From positions 1-64,000 of the forward strand of contig NOWV01000134.1 of the NCBI GenBank assembly GCA_003344405.1: 64,000 nucleotides of DNA, in the 5' to 3' direction. This document shows positions 52,130-64,000 of the stretch, piece after piece. Below the pieces are notes generated by a model that saw nothing but the letters and a program-made list of their open reading frames with translations, was not told where the DNA came from and searched no databases. This stretch comes from Trichoplax sp. H2 (Eukaryota). Position 1 is the first letter of the stretch. Each line of letters starts with the position of its first letter. Made by a program: the position numbers and the translations under genes.

Positions 52130-55100
52130 TATTTATCGCTATAATTATATAATATAAACTGCTAGAGTAAAAGATTATTAACACCGATGTTTATTGCCTT
52201 CAAGGCATTACTTGAATTTTACGTAATGATTGTTTACTACTTTGAGTAATGAACTGAGAAAGAGTCGTTGTACGTAAAGGATGAGTAATCTACTGTTTAG
52301 ATGTAAGCTGATAAAAAGAGTCTATAATTACTATAAAAATTCCAATTTACACTGGCTTCGTTACTTTGATATATTAGCCGGTGTAATGTAGTCCCAAATT
52401 GGCTCAAGATTCAATTTGGTAGTTGTATGTGCACCTGATAAGTGTAAGATGAACTTAATTTATATAATAAAGTGAAGTTAGCAAGAACATATAGTTCTTA
52501 TTTTGTTGTATTTAAGATAATTTTTCGCGTTTGGTTAGCTGAGAAGTAGAGGATTGTTGTCGTGATTATCCATAAATAGGATAGAATAGTACTTTCCTTG
52601 CAGTATGGGTTATATTTTTATTAAATGAGTAAAAGCTAATAGAATCTTCTGAGAAATGTATAGCTCTGTAGCGAACTAAAATCATCTCCTAGTAGAATGA
52701 TTTACATCAAAGCTCTTGTTTCAAGTTAGATAGCCTTTGTTTACGCCTTTATAGATTTGTCTTACACAAAAGCAAGCTCATAAGAATTTTGAGTTTCAAA
52801 ATGTAATATAGAAATTGAGATTTCATTTTACCAAATAAAAGTAGAATGTAACCATTGTAATGGTTAGTACAACATTTAATGCACACTATATGTAAGTAAA
52901 AGCAGACAAAAAGACAATTTAGGGACTCGCTTTTATTCTATCAGACTGAAGTTATGAATACCTGGTTTATATCGTAACAAGTATACAACAATGCAATAAA
53001 ACTATCGGCTCGTTGTTGAAGTTTAGGTCGCTCTTTATTTCACTTGCTCAAACTAAGTGCTCTATCAGACAGGATCACGTCTTGTCATGAAATTGTAATA
53101 ATAATAATCAAATCTAACATGAACATAAATTTTATATTATATCCCAACATACGTGAACATTTATAACATGTGATACTATGCATTAGATAAAGTGTAGATA
53201 AGCCGGATGGAAAGTGCATGGTTATAACTTACATACGGTAGTACAATATCTAGAATTCTTCCCGCACCTTGTATCTGACGGAGTTAGAGTAATAAAGTTC
53301 TCCTCTCTGAAACTGCTCTCTCTTGTCTCAGTCTATAACTAGAAAGACATATTATTACACAAGCTACGATATTGCTATACAGTACAGCACGAGTCATGTT
53401 ACGACAAAGAGTATGAATGATGAATGAGTGAGATATCTATCAATTTAGTTGAAAATATGTTACAATAACTCATTGTAGGCAGATAATCTTGCATCTTTGC
53501 CGTTCATTACAATCGTTAAGTTGATTTTCTTTCAATGTTACAAGTATTATGATATAGTAATGCTTGAATGTAGTATTGAAGCAAGCAATAAAGGTTGTGG
53601 ATGAATATTCTTAACTCGAAATATAGATACTATTGGAAGATATTTATTTTGCACTACTAGCAGTATTCACCTTTACTTTGCATAGTTTCCAGCTGCAACT
53701 GTTTATATTATGCAATCGTAGTTTCGTCTACAATTGATCATCTAAACCAAATTGAAAAATATATGGCAGTGCTGTTGATAATGGCGTATGACAGCTATAG
53801 TGTCTGTATAGTGCATTTTGGACATGTTAGCGATATTTTACAGTCGTCATCGTGTGATATATCTGGTTACTGGAAGTAAATTAATTAAAGCAATCATCCA
53901 TTAGTTTGTGTAGAGTAATAATAGCGTTTGGCCGTTCAGCTTCGATTCTGGGTCTTGTGAGCATAGTCTTTGTAATATAAGGTTATGATCGAATTACATC
54001 GGGTGATAATCTTTAGCAAGATTACATAAACAAAACTCGGCTAAGGGCTTTTAGAGATATTACAACACTCTATTATATAGTAAGTTGTCTATAAATCATG
54101 ACCAGCTTCTATAGAATCACACTTTAAGCTACCTATGAGTACATAAACGTATACATGTACGATAGTGCAAGAACCTACTTAGACCCAGCTATTCATTAAT
54201 ATCTTACTGATAATAAGTTACTATTACGCTGGTTAGTACAATCGCTTTGCTGATATTCACTCTGGTAGAGCTTCACTAATTCAATTTTGTCATCGCTTTT
54301 GCAAGATTGAATCGCTTTACTGACGGAGATAGGTTAATCAATTTTTCAACGCAATATCTCTACAGTAAAATGCGCTACCCTTTCATAAAATGACTAAACC
54401 TACTCGTATATTTAATTCAATAGTCCATTTTGCAACAGTAACACCTCATTAATTGAAGCAGACCCTACCAATGCTGGCGATTCAATAACTGCTAATAATT
54501 ATAATGAATGGTCAATATTTACTTTCTATGGTTCAATTTACTTTATTTGCATTACATGATGTAATGCAAAGGTTTAATACTGTTTAAATAATGGCACATT
54601 CATTGCTGGACTGTTGAATAAATCACTATTTTATTGTAGTCAATTTTGCAAATTACTTTTTCCTATTTGTTATGGGAAGTATTGAAGGAGAGTGACTTTC
54701 CAGATCTGAAGAGTATTAAAATGAGAATTTCATATTTGCTGGTGGAATATCCTAATTTACGGCAATCTATAAATCTTTTCATTCGGTATTGGCAATATTT
54801 TAATCCCGTGAAGCAGTTGCAATACCGAGCAGGAGGGTCACAACAGAGTGGATTATGCTTGTGTAAAGTGAGGATAAGAGCGTTTAAGGGTTTATCATGT
54901 GGATTCTTGAGATTATTGCAACATTAAGAATTTCGTCATAAGATGATAAAACTAAAACGTAACCATCACGAGATACAACTGCTGATATTATGTAATACGG
55001 ACATTATTAACTCCCCACTCCGTTATTAGTTATATGGATCTTAGCGTCTTTAGCAAGCTGTGAAAAGAACACATTTGAAGCTGTCTGTCGAGGTTTGCTC

Positions 55101-55243
55101 ACTCGTGTACCGATACCCTGCTAGCAGAGTTATGTAGGTTGTTATGCGCCTATTACGATTTACGTTGGTGAGTCTATGCATTGACAGATTGACTTCCTAT
55201 TACCTTGGCCATTTTCTGTACAGTTCATAATCCACAAATCCCC

Positions 55244-55303
55244 AATCACAACTCATCCTAACTGATGCTAACTAATCCTAACTAATGACAACGAATCACA
55301 ACT
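55244..55303. repeat. Minisatellite, 6 x 10 bp (consensus aatcctaact)
   Basis: aatcacaact catcctaact gatgctaact aatcctaact aatgacaacg aatcacaact. Confidence 0.75.
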
Positions 55304-55365
55304 ATGGTGGTCTAGGTAGAGGTCATGGTCATGCCTTATTGACGTTCTTCACTCATTTCTACGGG

Positions 55366-55655
55366 GTACTGTACGTGGACTAAGGATGATGTCAGATTAC
55401 CTAGTCAAGATACAGTACAGTAGTCTACAGTGTACAGTACACAGTATAAGGCTTGATGGCTATGTACTGTACTGTACACTGTAGTGGGCATGTCAGTCGT
55501 GCAGTACAGTACGGTGTGTCGGTGTTTACACGTACTGTATGGGTACCATTACGGTACCATACCGTACTGTACGGTAAAGTCATTCCAGCGTGATGTGCAG
55601 TACTGTACAGTACAGTACAGTACCCGTACGTAATAGTACAGTACCGTACAGTACA
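55366..55655. repeat. TACAG/TACTG/TACGG-rich degenerate simple repeat
   Basis: Dense runs of gtact/gtaca pentamers in both orientations, e.g. cagtactgtacagtacagtacagtac. Confidence 0.8.
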
Positions 55656-55905
55656 TTTCTAGCAACTCATTGAGCACGGTCCTGAAAGGAGCCGGCTAAA
55701 CTCAGAATTCTATAAATAGGGAGGACCACCAGTGGCCATAGGAGCATATAGGAATAAGGATAGATGTTCATTTTACAGTTAGTTTATTGCTCCTCCTGGA
55801 TAGGAAATTAACCCTGATTTCTCGATCATATCTGGAGGTGTGCAAATACTGCACGGTAGAAGAGATCGACGCGTAAGTATTGTCCGTGTTCACTCATGTT
55901 GCACC

Positions 55906-56647
55906 GTTACGTAAATACTGGACGTAGTATAGTAAATCTGTAGATGATGACGAATAGTTTATTGTTATTTATTACTGTGCTAGTGTACATTAGACAATAT
56001 ACGTACATGTTATTTGACAATCAGTTGGCGTGCGTTACATCTAGTATTAATACTAGTCACATCGCATGTATAATATCAACTATCAATCAATCAATCTTAA
56101 GTAAGGGATTCTTTATAATAAATAAAAGTTTAGATCGTAATTGAATGATTGACTAGGTTACGTCAATACTGTAGTATAGTAAATCCGTAGATGATGACGA
56201 ATAGTATATTGTTATTTATTACTGTACAAGTGTACATTAGACAATATATGTACATGTTATTTGACAATCAGTTGGCATGCGTTACATCTAGTATTAATAC
56301 TAGCCACATCGCATGTATAATATCAGCTATCAATCAATCAATCTTAAGTAAGGGATTCTTTATAATAAATAAAAGTATAGATCGTAATTGAATGATTGAC
56401 TAGGTTACGTCAATACTGTAGTATAGTAAATCCGTAGATGATGACGAATAGTATATTGTTATTTATTACTGTACAAGTGTACATTAGACAATATCATGTT
56501 ATTTGACAATCAGTTGGCATGCGTTACATCTAGTATTAATACTAGTCACATCGCATGTATAATATCAGCTATCAATCAATCAATCTTAAGTAAGGGATTC
56601 TTTATAATAAATAAAAGTATAGAACGTAATTGAATGATTGACTAGGT
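55906..56647. repeat. Tandem repeat, 3 x ~247 bp, high identity
   Basis: Units start at 55906, 56157 and 56404 (gttacgt.aatactg...gaatgattgactag). This explains the duplicated 66-aa ORFs at 55944 and 56191. Confidence 0.95.
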
Positions 56648-57049
56648 GGTTGATAGTGAGTGAATGGATCTACAGTACCTGTATAATAGCTCGTTAAAGT
56701 CAAATTGGACACGTTGATTAACATGTTATCTACAGGATTAATAGGTAGAGTAAAAACCGAGAATATCCGGTTAGAAGTAAGTATTAAAAGGGTTCTAATT
56801 AAAAAGCAAGCTACGAGCTAAATTGACTAGATCATCGAAGGGAAAGAATACCTAATTCTGATTATCTCCTCTTGCCACAACCTTGGTCATGACGCAACTA
56901 AATAGATAGTTAAGGTATTCCCTTGACAGATTTTTATTACTGATATTTGAATGTCTTTTATTTCTTGATTTTAGTCCAAGTTTGACGTCCAAAAGTGGGA
57001 TTGCATTGCCGTTGACGTTTTCCTTTAAGGCAAATCTGCTATCTTCATT

Positions 57050-58558
57050 ATGATGGCGATCCAGGACATCTTGGTGTTCCTATTTGTGCCACAATCCATC
57101 ACTCATTTTATTGAACTAACAGCCATAATTGGATTAGCAATTTTAATTTATAGAATAGTAATTGACCCATATCGACGATTAAAGAAATTGGGACTCGCTG
57201 GCCCCAAATTTAAGCCTGTCATTGGAAATATTGCAGATTGGGGGCCGACTGGGCAGCATCTTGCTCTGTTGGAATGGAGAAAGAAATATGGAAATGTATT
57301 TGCTACTATGTTCTTTGGTACCCCGACCGTTTGGATTGGGGAGCCCACTATGGTACGAGAAGTGATGGTTAAAAGTTTTTCCAACTTTTCAAACCGGTTT
57401 CCACCTTTTGGAAAACCCATATCACCGTTTGACAAAGGAGTTCTCTTTTTGAAAGATGATGACTGGAAACGCGTTCGAAATATCCTCATTACGACTTTTT
57501 CAGCTTCTAAACTGAAACAAATTGTGCCGTTGATGAAAGACATTGATGCCAAGTTTATTGAAGAGCTAGTTGAAACTAATCAAGTAGATGGTAAAGTAAA
57601 CATCTTAGATCATGCCGGCTATTTTTCATTAGAAGTTGTTTTGGCTATTATTTTTGGCATTGAATATGAATCCAAGGAGCAAAAAATCAAATTAGCTCGT
57701 ACTGCCAAAGATTTAGTTGAGCCTATACAAGGGTTCCTTTTGATTATTTTTCTGCTTTGCCCTTCTATGTGGAAGATTATAGAACCATATTTTGGTACCA
57801 TCGTACAGTCTATTAATAAGATTACAGATCTAACAAATGAAATTGTTAAACAGCGACGAAAGAATTTAAATGCTGGTTTGCCTTGTCGCAAAGATATGCT
57901 ACAACTTATAGTTGAAGCTGGCGACCAAGAAAAATTAAGTGATGAGGAAATTATAAGTCAGGCCATAATTTTTTTCATTGCTGGTTATGATACAACATCC
58001 AATACTATAGCATATGCTTCATACTTGTTAGCTACGCATCCAGAAATTCAGGATAAGTTATACCAGGAGATTTGCACGAAATGCCCAGATGTAAATAGCA
58101 TTGATTATGAAATATTGAATAATTTAACCTACTTAGATATGGTTATTTCTGAGACACTAAGGCTATATCCACCGGGATTTTTTTCCAATCGTGAAGTTAA
58201 GAAGGAAGTAACAATTGAAGGCGTCCGCATTCCCAACGATAGTATCGTTGGTATACCTATTTATACAATTCACCATAATCCTCAGTTTTGGCCAGATCCT
58301 GAGCAATTTATACCAGAACGGTTCACACCAGAAGAAAAGGCCAAACGTAATCCATGTTGTTACTTACCTTTTGGTGATGGGCCACGAAATTGTGTTGGTA
58401 TGCGGTTGGCTTTATTGGAAGTAAAATTGGCATTAGTAAGCTTAATGCAAAATTTAGAGTTAAAGACGGTGGCAGATACAGAGGTACCGTTAAAGCTGAA
58501 AACCGGGGGTACTTTAACAGCTGCTAACGGGATCTGGCTAGGACTTGGTACTCGATAA
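57050..58558 (+). CDS. Cytochrome P450, clan 3 (CYP3A-like), single coding exon, 502 aa
   Basis: Transmembrane anchor, GPKFKPVIGN, WKRVR, AGYDTT, ETLR, PERF, FGDGPRNCVG. Confidence 0.97.
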   Translation: MMAIQDILVFLFVPQSITHFIELTAIIGLAILIYRIVIDPYRRLKKLGLAGPKFKPVIGNIADWGPTGQHLALLEWRKKYGNVFATMFFGTPTVWIGEPTMVREVMVKSFSNFSNRFPPFGKPISPFDKGVLFLKDDDWKRVRNILITTFSASKLKQIVPLMKDIDAKFIEELVETNQVDGKVNILDHAGYFSLEVVLAIIFGIEYESKEQKIKLARTAKDLVEPIQGFLLIIFLLCPSMWKIIEPYFGTIVQSINKITDLTNEIVKQRRKNLNAGLPCRKDMLQLIVEAGDQEKLSDEEIISQAIIFFIAGYDTTSNTIAYASYLLATHPEIQDKLYQEICTKCPDVNSIDYEILNNLTYLDMVISETLRLYPPGFFSNREVKKEVTIEGVRIPNDSIVGIPIYTIHHNPQFWPDPEQFIPERFTPEEKAKRNPCCYLPFGDGPRNCVGMRLALLEVKLALVSLMQNLELKTVADTEVPLKLKTGGTLTAANGIWLGLGTR

Positions 58559-59651
58559 AGCATGTATTGACTACTCTATGTAAGTCGGTAGTAGTCAGAT
58601 AATGCAGGTTGGTATATTTCAGCGTTGAAATGACTATTCAAGTACGAGGATTTTAACTTAATAATTAATTTAAACAATAATTGATGACAAGTGCATGATC
58701 AATCAATCAATCTTGCCTTTATTGGTTCCATAGTAGAACTTAAACCAATTTTGTAATTTATGCGTTTGATTATAATTATTGCTAATGTGGTGTTACTCAT
58801 ATTATTATTCCTTATCCTTGTATTGTAAGTGACTCGTTTATTAGTTCTAATAAATTGCGCTATCTTGTATTAAGCTATACCTGAAGATTGCGCTTGCCGT
58901 ATCTGTCAAGGTTTAGCGATTCATGTTATAGTCACATCATATTAAAATCTTTTTCTACCAATTTGGATGGATACCGGCACTCATATAATACTGCATACTG
59001 TAGGTATGATTCATTCCTGACATAATTAATCCTTCAAAGTTCTAGATATTTAAACTCACTCTATTTAGTACGATAATACCAGGGTATTAGCTCATAGTAT
59101 ACTGCTTATAGCTCAATTTTATTAGTACAGATCTCAATAAGGTTTACTCTAAGTCAGTTAATTATTGTAGCAATCACTACGAGATGATGAATAACTTGTA
59201 ATATTTATGCAAGTATGTATGGTTTTTCATATAATTCACTCTTTTTCGCCTGCACATTAAGTTTTATAGTTTACGCTACGCGAAGCGTAAGTTAGCGTAA
59301 CAACGCAATATTGCAAGTAGTAAATCGAAAGCTAACAAATTGATTTATATTTATATGATTACAATTATTTTAGTGTGTGATATCAAAACATTTAAATTTA
59401 GCAGCCATAATTATTATACTGTTTTCAATGTACACGGAAACTGCGTACCACGTATCAAAGCTGCAGATTATTTGTACCAAATACCTGAATAGCATGAGTT
59501 TGTATGTAAGAAATCATTCTAATTTATAAACAGTTACTGTTGGAAACTTCGTATCTAATTTAAAATTTAATTTACATTTTGTGATAGAGATTCCCTAGAA
59601 CACGTATACGTCGTATACTGTAAGTAATCTCACTCTCACTTTCACCGCCGC

Positions 59652-60175
59652 TTTTACTTTTAATACTTTTGGTATTTTTTATATCGTGTTCTGGTGTTTC
59701 TTGACTGTTAATAAATTAAATTTAAACTTATTTTTATAACTCGTGTTACCTAAATTCAAATTAACTCTAAATTCAATGTTTTATCGGCCCTTTCACACCT
59801 TTTACTTTGAAAACTACTCGTATTTTTTATATTGTGTTCTCGTGTTTTTTGACTGTTAATAAATTTAAATTTATTTATTTATTTTTATAACTCGTGTTAT
59901 CTAAATGAACTCTAAATTCAATGTTTTATTACTTTCAAAACTACACGTATTTTTTATATTGTGTTCTCGTGTTTTTTGACTGCTAGTAAATTTAAATTTA
60001 TTTATTTTTATAACTCGTGTTATCTAAATGAACTCTAAATTCGATGTTTTATTACTTTCAAAACTACTCGTATTTTTGATATTGTGTTCTCGTGTTTTTT
60101 TGACTGCTAATAAATTTAAATTTATTTATTTTTATAACCGTGTTATCTAAATGAACTCTAAATTCAATGTTTTAT
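59652..60175. repeat. Tandem repeat, 4 x ~120-130 bp, T-rich
   Basis: tacttt.aaaactactcgtattttt.atattgtgttctcgtgtttttgactg.taataaattt...taactcgtgttatctaaatgaactctaaattcaatgttttat occurs four times. Confidence 0.92.
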
Positions 60176-60257
60176 CTTCCCCTCCTTTAGCACTAATAAT
60201 TACTAATTACTAATTGCTACTACTATATCACGGAGACTCTTTGCCGCAAGACTTTAG

Positions 60258-60670
60258 CGTACGGTACTATACAGTGTATTGTACCAACCTCGTTTTGTAC
60301 TGTACACTGTAAGGTATTGACGTACAGGTCCTCATCGGTATCATGCTGATACAAAATTCACTATATACAGTATGGCAAACGTTACCCGTATCATACCTGA
60401 TTAAATGTCTTAGTACAGTACTTTCCACACATGCAGTACGATATCCGGGTACTGTACAGTACAGTACAGTACTGTAGTTCAGCAAGATCTTACAGTATAC
60501 AGTACAGTGTACAGTACAGTACAGGATAGTACTGATACTGTACTGTGCAGGATAGTACTGTACAGTACAGTACAATATTTACAAGGACGATCAGAAATCT
60601 TGAGGTTACCTGCAGGCTGATGATGATATTTATTTATTATTGTACTGTACAATGTATATTAATGTACAGT
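60258..60670. repeat. TACAG/TACTG-rich degenerate simple repeat
   Basis: Runs such as gtactgtacagtacagtacagtactgtag and cagtacagtgtacagtacagtacag. Same motif family as 55366-55655. Confidence 0.8.
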
Positions 60671-60731
60671 ATTTAATTTCAGTTGAGAATAGGAATCTCG
60701 ACTAGAATCTGTTCTTTTCCAGCGAGCCATT

Positions 60732-62255
60732 ATGTCGATTAATGATATTTTAGCAAAAATCTGGTTACCACAAACTCCTTTACAACAGTTGATTGTTGCA
60801 GTGGTGGTTGTTACTTGTAGCTATTTTTATTACAAGTTTTTTGTGGCTCCTGTGCGTCGATTGAGAAAGATTGGATTGCCATTTCCTGCACCAACAGCAT
60901 TGACTGGAAATATATTCGATTATGGACCTACCAAACAACATATAGCTCAACTAGAATGGCAAAAAAAGTATGGTACTAGGTATGCAACACAATTCTTTAA
61001 AGCTCCTGCAGTATGGATTGCCGAGCCAGAACTGTTGAAAACAATCATGGTCAAAGATTTCTCCAACTTTGCTAATCGCTTTTCATTTAATGCAGCTTTG
61101 CCATACTTCAATAAAACGTTATTGGAATTAAAAAATCAGGATTGGAAACGTGTTCGAACTATTCTTATTCCAACATTTACGGCATCCAAGCTCAAGTTAA
61201 TTGTTCCACTTATTAAAGATACTGCAGATATTTTGATCGATAAACTTGTTAAAGCGGATGAAAAAGGCGAAAATATCGATCTTTGGAAAGCCTCTGGCAT
61301 GTTTAGCATGAAAGTCATTCTTGGAACTGCATTTGGACTTGAATTTGAAAATGAAGAGCAGGAAGTCAAACTGACAAACGCAGCAGGTCTATTTTTTAGA
61401 CAGGACTTTGGCATTAGGCAAACTATATTCCAGTTAATTTTTTTTGCTTCAGCCAAACTTTTCCTCTTCCTTGAACCCAGATGCGGAGGTAAAGTGGTCA
61501 AGTCTATTTATTATATTGTTGGCATAACCAAGAATGCCATTCAAGAACGTAGAAATAATATGAATGCAGGCATACCTTGTCGTCGAGATATGTTGCAACA
61601 CATGATTGAAGCAGGTGGCGATGATAAACTCACTGATGATGAAATTATCAGTCAATCCTTTATTTTCCTTTTAGCTGGTTATGAAACCACACAGAATACG
61701 CTTGCGTTTGTTTGTTATTCATTAGCTACGAACCCAGATGTCCAGCAGAAGCTTATCGATGAAATTGATGACAAATGTCCTGATGAAGACTCGGTAACTT
61801 ACGACGTAATCTCTGAGTTAACTTATATGGACATGGTAGTAAGTGAAGCTCTACGAATGTATCCACCAGCCTCTTTTATTAATCGTGAAGTAAATGAGGA
61901 TGCGACTGTTGATGGAACGTACATTCCAAAAGATGTTATGTTGTCATTTCCAATCTATGCAATGCATCACAATCCAAAATATTGGCCAGATCCTGAACGA
62001 TTTGATCCAGAACGATTTAGCTCTGAAGCAAAGAGTGAACATCATCCGTTTTCTTATCTGCCATTTGGAAGCGGACCGCGAAATTGTATCGGTATGAGAT
62101 TAGCCTTACTGGAAGTGAAGATGGCATTAGTGAAATTATTGCAGAAAATTGAATTTATCACAACTAAGGATACAGAAATTCCTTTACAATTAAAGTCATT
62201 GTCAACTTTATCGCCAGAGAATGGGGTGTACTTGGGTATTCGAAAGAGATACTAA
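60732..62255 (+). CDS. Cytochrome P450, clan 3 (CYP3A-like), single coding exon, 507 aa
   Basis: Transmembrane anchor, WKRVR, AGYETT, EALR, PERF, FGSGPRNCIG. Confidence 0.97.
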   Translation: MSINDILAKIWLPQTPLQQLIVAVVVVTCSYFYYKFFVAPVRRLRKIGLPFPAPTALTGNIFDYGPTKQHIAQLEWQKKYGTRYATQFFKAPAVWIAEPELLKTIMVKDFSNFANRFSFNAALPYFNKTLLELKNQDWKRVRTILIPTFTASKLKLIVPLIKDTADILIDKLVKADEKGENIDLWKASGMFSMKVILGTAFGLEFENEEQEVKLTNAAGLFFRQDFGIRQTIFQLIFFASAKLFLFLEPRCGGKVVKSIYYIVGITKNAIQERRNNMNAGIPCRRDMLQHMIEAGGDDKLTDDEIISQSFIFLLAGYETTQNTLAFVCYSLATNPDVQQKLIDEIDDKCPDEDSVTYDVISELTYMDMVVSEALRMYPPASFINREVNEDATVDGTYIPKDVMLSFPIYAMHHNPKYWPDPERFDPERFSSEAKSEHHPFSYLPFGSGPRNCIGMRLALLEVKMALVKLLQKIEFITTKDTEIPLQLKSLSTLSPENGVYLGIRKRY

Positions 62256-64000
62256 GGCCTGCAATTAAGTCATTAAGTCACCTTTTGGATTGCCGTAAAG
62301 TTGATAGCAAGGTCTGCTAAGATCTCTTTGCGGCTGCTATCGATCATATTTTCCGTGCTTAATTATCCAACGCTATAAGGCTGTATTCTTTCACTATAGC
62401 TAAGTAAATATCCATAGAATTTGTACGATACGTGTACGTAACATATTATGTATAGTGCTGCTCTATCAGGTAAGTTTATAACGACTTAGGGGTAGATCAT
62501 GCTTCAGAAGTGGAATATCTTCAAGCATTTTGATAATCATTGATAGCTGTTCAATTTGTTTGTCCGTACTTGAGTTGGGCAACAAAATCGATATTTTATA
62601 CTGCCGTTAAGAAGCTTAAAGATATTTTCAAAAGCTAATTTACTCTAAATGCTAACAACCAGATTTGGTTAGTAATTATCAACAGAAAGTAAAATTGAGT
62701 TATGGGTGATACTGAAATACATTTTTGATGATATATTATACCATTCCAATATCAATTTGCCGGTTTTTATAAAGTCATGCGCTTTGATAGCAACAAATAT
62801 TACTACGGTATACTTGTAAACGTCAATAAATCATAAAATAAAATAGTCTATTTCTTTATACTGTCGTAGTAATTATCCAGGTTTATTTTCAAGTACTACC
62901 GTATTAGATTTTCTCGTCCGTGATACTTTGCGTACTGGTTTAATTTAAAGTGGCTGAAGACGTATAATAATGTGTGTGGCTAACAACTAGTTCAGCAATA
63001 CCATTAATTATTATTGGTGTTATAAGAATAGTTGAGTGGCAAGATTTTGAAGGATAAAATTAAAATAAATAATTCGATCGTTACAAGTGCAAACACAGCG
63101 ATATTTTCCACTGATAGTGCAATATTAAAAGACCGGAGTACTGTATATAGATAACAAAATATAAGCCGCATGTCTACAAATCGCAGCTCTGAGATAGAAG
63201 CGATAGTGGATCAACTTAATAGCAAAATTATTACTTTTGTGGAAGAATAATTATAATATTTCTAGTAAGAAATTCAGTAGTACTTACTACAGACGAGGCG
63301 ATAGTAAAAATATAGATCCTGGAAATAGATCATGATTCCGGCGACTACTGTGTAGCGGCAGTGTACAGATTTTCTAAACACCTAATTGGCTACAGAATTC
63401 TACCAATAGGGGCAATTTCGTAAATTTTTCAGGCTTAATTTAATCGTCATTCCAAGTAATTATCTCGCGCCACTATAATGCTCTCAAACTGATTATTATT
63501 ACTTCCGTCGTTATTTATAACCTCAGATTTCTAGATCACTAGATTGATATCTTTTATGAAAATATATGGACGTTATGAGGGCCTTAAAAATAAGTTGTAA
63601 GATTTTATAGGAATGCACTGGTTGATCATTCGAACAGCGATAATAAGGACTATATCTTAATTCGGTAATAAAAAGGAGCCTATATTTTTCAGTAACAACC
63701 TTATATTGATAAACTAGTTAACGAAATTCTTAAAATTTCCGTATGAGATTTAAAAAAATGTTAACTACTATAACTTTGCTAAATTTAATGCCAATTATCA
63801 AGTGAATTAGGGTTCTACTGTAAATTGAGATATCTTCATCATTTCAAATCTCGATATGCCAGCGCTGTTATATCGCAATGTAAAAATGTTATATTGTGTA
63901 TCATATAGCATGGAATAAGTAATCGATCTGCTTATTTAGAATCTTGAACAGGTCAATTCTAATTATTGCAGATATTATACCTTGATTACTGGCAAATTAT

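Noticed and set aside
55944-56391. Two 66-aa ORFs as a duplicated small protein
   Set aside because: They are by-products of the 247-bp tandem repeat. The third unit has a frameshifting deletion and there is no recognisable domain.
59652-60175. CRISPR-like array
   Set aside because: The units repeat along their whole length with no unique spacers, the context is eukaryotic, and there are no cas genes.
60267-60575. 102-aa minus-strand ORF rich in Y/C/T/V
   Set aside because: It is a translation of the TACAG simple repeat.

Overview
This is AT-rich eukaryotic (animal-like) genomic DNA with short GT-AG introns. It resembles a compact early-branching metazoan genome such as a placozoan, but that is inference and was not verified. 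Every gene found is on the + strand and encodes a small-molecule-modifying enzyme. In order: a 3'-partial cytochrome P450 copy and a complete single-exon P450; a single-exon iodothyronine-deiodinase-family selenoprotein, which the ORF track splits at its in-frame UGA and which has a well-formed SECIS hairpin about 700 nt downstream; a tandem array of five 4-coumarate-CoA-ligase/firefly-luciferase-like adenylate-forming genes (four with the same 8-exon structure, one decayed pseudogene); then four more single-exon clan-3-like P450s interspersed with tandem repeats. The main hypothesis is a metabolic gene cluster combining oxidation, reductive dehalogenation and acyl-adenylation/CoA ligation. 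Several members carry motif changes suggesting altered chemistry. One 20-N assembly gap is flanked by a probable haplotype duplication. All motif comparisons were made by eye.
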